Assembly: GCA_021513695.1 (NCBI GenBank)
Contig: CP084166.1
Span: 608,001-672,000 of the forward strand
Direction: 5' to 3'
Source of the DNA: Candidatus Heimdallarchaeum aukensis
GTDB taxonomy: Archaea; Asgardarchaeota; Heimdallarchaeia; Heimdallarchaeales; Heimdallarchaeaceae
DNA: 64,000 nt
The notes below the pieces were generated by a model. It searched no databases. It was not told where the DNA came from and saw only the letters and a program-made list of their open reading frames with translations. Shown here in pieces: positions 59,496-64,000 of the stretch (position 1 is its first letter; each line of letters opens with the position of its first letter). Both the position numbers and the translations under genes were made by a program.

Positions 59496-61265
59496 CTACA
59501 CCTTCAACTCTATATCACCAAGTTTCTGAATTATGAGAAACGATAGCACAGTAAGAATTATCAATATAGTTGCCATTGTAGCAGGGAGTTGTATCGTCTG
59601 TGATATAATAAGCTTGTAAATTGCAATAGACAATGTACCAAAACTTCCACGAACTAAAAAGTTTGTTGCTCCAAATTCTCCTAAACTTATAGCAAAAGAG
59701 AATATTCCTCCAACAATTAAACTCTTCCCAATTAGAGGAAATTCAATTTTTTTGAAAATGAAGAATCTTGAAGCTCCTAAAGTAGAAGCAACGTTTAACA
59801 TTTCCACATCGATTCTATTATAAGCTGCAAGAATAGAACGAGTGGCAAAGGGTATGCTAATTAACACATGAGAGAGTATAATCAAAATCCATACATAGTT
59901 TAGATAAACTTCTGTTGTCCTATACTTCAAAAATAGCCCTAAAGCTAGTGTGATTGAAGAAGTGGCCATAGGTAAAATTATCAAGTAAGAAATGAAGTTT
60001 TCAACTATTGATTGTTTATAATTTCTCAATTTATTATATCGAATTCGCAGAATTAGAACTATCAATAACGAAAAGAATAGAGTTATTATTGTTGCTGAAA
60101 AAGAAAAGATAATCGTATTAATAAACATTCTAAATGGAGAATTTCCGAGAATGGCCATATATTCTGAAGAAAGAAGAGTAAGATATCCCCATAGAGGAGA
60201 AATACCTTTAGTGTATGGAATGAAAGATTCAATGATTACTGCGATCATTGGAGAAAAACTAAAAAGCATTACAAATAGTGTAATTAAACTCAAAAAAATA
60301 AAACTAATTTTTTCCTTTAAGGGGGTGTTTTTTAATTTAATAGGTTTAGGTTTTATTCCTTTTTCTTTTCCTCTAGCCATTTGTCTTGTTTTATTTTCAA
60401 AAAATAGGTAAATAATTATTATCAGGGTATTGATTAATAGTTGTATTATAGCTAGCGAAGAACCTTCTGTGAATTTTAGAGAATTCTTTATCAGTTTATA
60501 GATTCTTACTTCAAGAGTTTGGTATTTTACTTCTCCCAGATATAATACTATAGCAAAACTATTGAAACAATATATAAAAACTAGTAGAGCAGCAGAAACA
60601 ATAAAATTGATTAGTTGAGGAAAAACTATTTTTCTAAAGATTGTAAAGTTTTTTACACCTAAAGTCTTAGAAACTTCAACTTGTTCATAATCTAGGTTCA
60701 TCCAAGCAGGAATCATTAATCTAATTATTACTGATAAGTTATAGAAAACATGAGCTGCAATAATTCCTTCTACTGTTCCAAAAATTTTAAACAATGATCT
60801 ATCAGTCTGAAAGACTGTCTTCCATACACTATTCAACCAGCCGTTTTCTCCATAGGTTATTATAAAACCCAAAAGAACAACTATTGGTGGTAAAACAAAA
60901 GGAACTGTTAATAAGTTTATAACTAGATCTTTTCCTTTAAACTTATATTGTGCAAAAAAATAGCTCACTGGAAGTCCAAAAACTAAACAAATAATTGTTG
61001 AAATTAATGCTTGATTAAAACTAAAAGATAAAAATCTGATATTACTTGATTGAGTAACTGTGCTCCAAAAAACAGAAAAAACACTTTCGTCTCCTATTTC
61101 TCCATTTTTTTGAAAAGCATAAGAAAGAATTTTAAATAAAGGTAAATAAAAGAAAGAAAGAAGAAAAGAGAACAAAGCAATAAGAGCTAGTACCATGACC
61201 GCTCTTTCAACTTGTTTGTCAATATTTCTTTCCATTCTTCTTCTAAATGACAGTAAAATAATCAC
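59496..61265 (-). CDS. fused two-domain ABC permease (ThiP/FbpB-type, two tandem transmembrane domains)
   Basis: 589 aa with two sets of about six hydrophobic helices, each followed by an EAA-like loop (KTLGVKNFTIFRKIVFP and STLGASRFFIFKKIEFP). Confidence 0.75.
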   Translation of the reverse strand: MIILLSFRRRMERNIDKQVERAVMVLALIALFSFLLSFFYLPLFKILSYAFQKNGEIGDESVFSVFWSTVTQSSNIRFLSFSFNQALISTIICLVFGLPVSYFFAQYKFKGKDLVINLLTVPFVLPPIVVLLGFIITYGENGWLNSVWKTVFQTDRSLFKIFGTVEGIIAAHVFYNLSVIIRLMIPAWMNLDYEQVEVSKTLGVKNFTIFRKIVFPQLINFIVSAALLVFIYCFNSFAIVLYLGEVKYQTLEVRIYKLIKNSLKFTEGSSLAIIQLLINTLIIIIYLFFENKTRQMARGKEKGIKPKPIKLKNTPLKEKISFIFLSLITLFVMLFSFSPMIAVIIESFIPYTKGISPLWGYLTLLSSEYMAILGNSPFRMFINTIIFSFSATIITLFFSLLIVLILRIRYNKLRNYKQSIVENFISYLIILPMATSSITLALGLFLKYRTTEVYLNYVWILIILSHVLISIPFATRSILAAYNRIDVEMLNVASTLGASRFFIFKKIEFPLIGKSLIVGGIFSFAISLGEFGATNFLVRGSFGTLSIAIYKLIISQTIQLPATMATILIILTVLSFLIIQKLGDIELKV

Positions 61266-61266
61266 C

Positions 61267-62514
61267 TTATCTATTTTTCTTCTTTGTGATAATGTATGCT
61301 AGTGAAACGAAGCTCAAAGACAATATAATGAAACTAAATGTAGTGTAATCAGTTTTCTTCGTGCCTTCGATTATCACTGTTTCCCAATCAGTTTTCCACA
61401 TATCTAAGTTGTCATGCATAACAGTGGGTGAGATTATATCATTCAGTATATCCACATCATCAGGGTTTATAGCTGCATTTAGGAAACATTCAGGAACATT
61501 AGCATTTTTATTCGCAGGATACATCCATTGATTAAGAGGAATTTGATCTTGTAATTCTGTACTTAAAAACCAATCTATGAACTTCTTAGCGTTTTCTTCA
61601 TGAGGAGCATTATTAACAAGCCCTATCCCCTCAATTTGTAACCATGCGTTATTCTTTCCTTGTTCATGTGTAACAATAGCCTTAGAAGGTTGCTCTACTC
61701 CTGGTCCTACTCCCCATTGAGGGTGACAAACATCATAAGCAGGACTTGTTCCATAGCTTATCATAATCGGCCTATCCTCTGATTCAGAATAATAGATGTC
61801 AAAAGCTGCCCCCCAACTAGGAGCAATTCGAAGATCATCAGAAGTCATTCTCCACCAATCTCTCCAATCTTGATCTAACAAACCATTTAGATTTATTTTT
61901 GGGTCTCCATAAACAGCTATCGTCCATAGAAGAAAACCTAACCCAGGAGAGCTTAGTGTTGGATCCTCAACTACAAGTTTCTTATCCAAGTCATTTTCAA
62001 TTATTCCTTCTAATGTTAAGTCTTCAAGAGCAGGTGTAGAAGTTGTGTTTATTCTACTTCTGTCATACCATAAAGCAATAATTCCGTAATCATAAGGTAA
62101 AACATATTTTTCTGGATCTAAATTTTGAACGAGTTCAGAAGATATATTTACTAAAGTAGGTGATTCATAAGATTGCAATATTCCTTCATCTTTTGCAGTG
62201 TGAATTAGTACATTGTCGATTCCTATTAAAACATCAGCAACAGGATTCTCTTTTTCGAGAGAAGCTTGAGTTACAATTGTATTTGCATCCTCCAATAAAA
62301 CTAGCTTTATCTTCTCTTTTGGGATACCACTATAATTTGCAAAAGCTCCTATATAGTCAAAACCAGGGTCAGCAAGCAAGGACTCGTAAGTATAAATGAT
62401 CAGATCATAATCTTCAGCATTAATATTAGTATGTCCATCAACTAAACTACCGTTATAAAACAAAGTAAAAACTAACATTATACAAATTACCAAATTCTTA
62501 TTTTTTAGTTTCAT
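61267..62514 (-). CDS. ABC transporter substrate-binding protein (thiamine/Fe3+ TbpA/FbpA-like), N-terminal lipobox/anchor-like leader and C-terminal hydrophobic segment
   Basis: First gene of the operon. Signal-like MKLKNKNLVICIMLVFTLFYNGS. About 415 aa in a two-lobe periplasmic-binding-protein layout. The C-terminal FSFIILSLSFVSLAYIITKKKNR suggests an archaeal-type C-terminal anchor. Confidence 0.55.
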   Translation of the reverse strand: MKLKNKNLVICIMLVFTLFYNGSLVDGHTNINAEDYDLIIYTYESLLADPGFDYIGAFANYSGIPKEKIKLVLLEDANTIVTQASLEKENPVADVLIGIDNVLIHTAKDEGILQSYESPTLVNISSELVQNLDPEKYVLPYDYGIIALWYDRSRINTTSTPALEDLTLEGIIENDLDKKLVVEDPTLSSPGLGFLLWTIAVYGDPKINLNGLLDQDWRDWWRMTSDDLRIAPSWGAAFDIYYSESEDRPIMISYGTSPAYDVCHPQWGVGPGVEQPSKAIVTHEQGKNNAWLQIEGIGLVNNAPHEENAKKFIDWFLSTELQDQIPLNQWMYPANKNANVPECFLNAAINPDDVDILNDIISPTVMHDNLDMWKTDWETVIIEGTKKTDYTTFSFIILSLSFVSLAYIITKKKNR

Positions 62515-62630
62515 GTTTTAACCTTCTGATCTCTATTTAAAAAATATATGCTCCCTCTATATATCCCCTATATGAGATTGTTCGACAAAAAGCGGAAAAA
62601 TATAAATAATTAGTCAAAGAATAAAAATCT

Positions 62631-62921
62631 ATGTCAAAATCGTTTAAACTTCCTCCATATAAAAAAGAAGCAAGTTGTACGCAATTTTGCCTAGTAAGAC
62701 CAATAATGAATATTGTATACGGTATAGTTGCATTTTTCGTTTTGGCCATTTATGGGATAATAATAGGAATCACTTCTTTCATAAACTGTTTCACAGTAGT
62801 ATGTACAAAATCGAGATGGGAAACTCATTACAACGTTGTGGCTAAATTAGCTTATTGGTCAGCTCACTTTAGTATGTATTTATCAAACGCTACAGATGAT
62901 ACTCCACCTTTATGCCCATAA
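62631..62921 (+). CDS. small hypothetical membrane protein
   Basis: 96-aa ORF with two hydrophobic helices. Weak support. Confidence 0.25.
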   Translation: MSKSFKLPPYKKEASCTQFCLVRPIMNIVYGIVAFFVLAIYGIIIGITSFINCFTVVCTKSRWETHYNVVAKLAYWSAHFSMYLSNATDDTPPLCP

Positions 62922-62964
62922 ACCTTTTTTTATTTTTTCTAAATATTTAAAATAGATAGTTATA

Positions 62965-63666
62965 GTGTATCTTATGCGAGATTTAATCAAAGAAGAAATT
63001 GAAAGCCCCTATCTTGATGATGAAATTCATTTAAACAAACTCACTCCTTTACATGTATATTGGGAGCTAATTAAAATTTCAGCTTGGAAAAACTTTGCTC
63101 ATCATCCGACTTGTAGTGTATATAAAAATCATTATTTTAATATTGGGGGTTTAAAACTCTGCGTTGGTTGTACAAGTCTATACTCTGCTTTAATAATAGA
63201 AATAATTCTTTATTTTGTTTATAGTAGCTTTTTTGTCAACTACATTGTTTATGTAACAATCATTGGCTTAATTGGATTTAGTGTTGCAGTAATTCAATAT
63301 TTCATTAAACCAGAAAATAAATGGATAAAAGCGATGTTTAGGTTTATTTTGGGAATAGGAATAGGTAGTTATTTAATAATTGTTCTTATAACACCAAGAT
63401 GGTGGTTACAACTAATTCTGGGTTCAATTCTTATTTTAAGTGGAGCATTATATAACATTATGAGAGGAAAAGCAAATGTTCAATACTGTGACATATGTCC
63501 TTTACACAATGCAGAGCCTTACTGTGATCCATTTGAAAATACCAGGATAAAAGCAGAAAAAATACATAAAATTGTTGACGATCAAATCAGAATAATTCAA
63601 GAAAAAAAGGCAGAAAAGTGGCGAATGAAACAGGAAAAAAAGATTGAAAAAGATAAAGAAGAATAA
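62965..63666 (+). CDS. hypothetical polytopic membrane protein with Cys/His cluster
   Basis: HHPTCSVY...CVGCTS followed by about five hydrophobic helices and a K/E-rich tail. Confidence 0.45.
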   Translation: MYLMRDLIKEEIESPYLDDEIHLNKLTPLHVYWELIKISAWKNFAHHPTCSVYKNHYFNIGGLKLCVGCTSLYSALIIEIILYFVYSSFFVNYIVYVTIIGLIGFSVAVIQYFIKPENKWIKAMFRFILGIGIGSYLIIVLITPRWWLQLILGSILILSGALYNIMRGKANVQYCDICPLHNAEPYCDPFENTRIKAEKIHKIVDDQIRIIQEKKAEKWRMKQEKKIEKDKEE

Positions 63667-63687
63667 ATTTACTTATTTCACTTTTTC

Positions 63688-64000
63688 CTAATCACTCATT
63701 CGATCTTTAACTGTTATCAATGCTAATACAAAGAAAATTATTATCATTCCTGTTAGGATAACAAAATCTAACCATAGCTCTTTAAATCCCCAACCTTTCA
63801 GCATTATTCCCTTTATGATATTTACTCCATAAGTTAGAGGAAAGACGAATGAAAGGGGTTCAAGCCAATCAGGAAGACTGTAAATGGGTATTAACATTCC
63901 ACTAACTGCCATTCCAGGAATGACAATAATAGGCGTAAATTGAATTGCTTGGAACTCATTTTCTGCATAGTTAGAGAGAAATAGAGATAAAAAGATATGA
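63688..64000 (-). CDS. ABC-2 type transporter permease, C-terminal part (5' end beyond the window)
   Basis: C-terminal GMLIPIYSLPDWLEPLSFVFPLTYGVNIIKG is ABC-2 permease-like. The reading frame stays open upstream of the listed Met through to position 64000. Confidence 0.45.
   Translation of the reverse strand, partial: HIFLSLFLSNYAENEFQAIQFTPIIVIPGMAVSGMLIPIYSLPDWLEPLSFVFPLTYGVNIIKGIMLKGWGFKELWLDFVILTGMIIIFFVLALITVKDRMSD

Noticed and set aside
1-64000. Search for tRNA or rRNA genes and CRISPR arrays
   Set aside because: No G+C-rich 70-90-nt islands with tRNA-like acceptor or T-arm patterns were seen outside coding regions. The only G+C-rich island is the IS element. No repeat-spacer arrays were seen. 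Absence is by-eye only and should be confirmed with tRNAscan-SE and CRISPR finders.

Overview
The window is AT-rich, densely coding prokaryotic DNA whose gene content looks archaeal, and most like Asgard/Lokiarchaeia. That assignment is an inference from content, not a database match. The evidence is tandem Ras/Rab-like small GTPases at the 5' end and a decayed Arf-like GTPase gene, many TPR proteins, three copies of a roadblock/longin-like domain, wHTH regulators, archaeal-type CoA genes (ketopantoate reductase next to a GHMP pantoate-kinase-like gene), and large N-glycosylation-sequon-rich surface proteins.

Housekeeping or transport content: a P-type (Ca2+-type) ATPase, an ABC-2 exporter (ATPase plus two permeases), three MFS transporters (one fused to a PhoU/DUF47-like domain), an EamA/DMT permease, class I and class V aminotransferases, a gamma-class N6-adenine DNA methyltransferase, and a four-gene SBP/fused-permease/ATPase/APH-like-kinase uptake operon.

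Mobile DNA: one IS4-family element (about 1.2 kb, imperfect terminal inverted repeats, visibly more G+C-rich than its flanks, transposase split into three frames) and a solitary IS3-type transposase HTH fragment.

The most striking signal is at 14-37 kb. A roadblock/longin-like domain recurs three times in different architectures: twice as TPR-N / domain-C cytoplasmic proteins, and once as the cytoplasmic tail of a 1077-aa glycosylated single-pass surface receptor. These sit next to a 1314-aa integrin-like protein (FG-GAP-type beta-propeller repeats, tandem thrombospondin-type-3-like Ca-binding repeats, TM, coiled-coil, C-terminal zinc ribbons), a beta-helix surface protein, a six-zinc-ribbon protein and small GTPases. 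I propose this as a candidate, undescribed transmembrane sensor-to-small-GTPase signalling system.

No rRNA, tRNA or CRISPR array was recognised.
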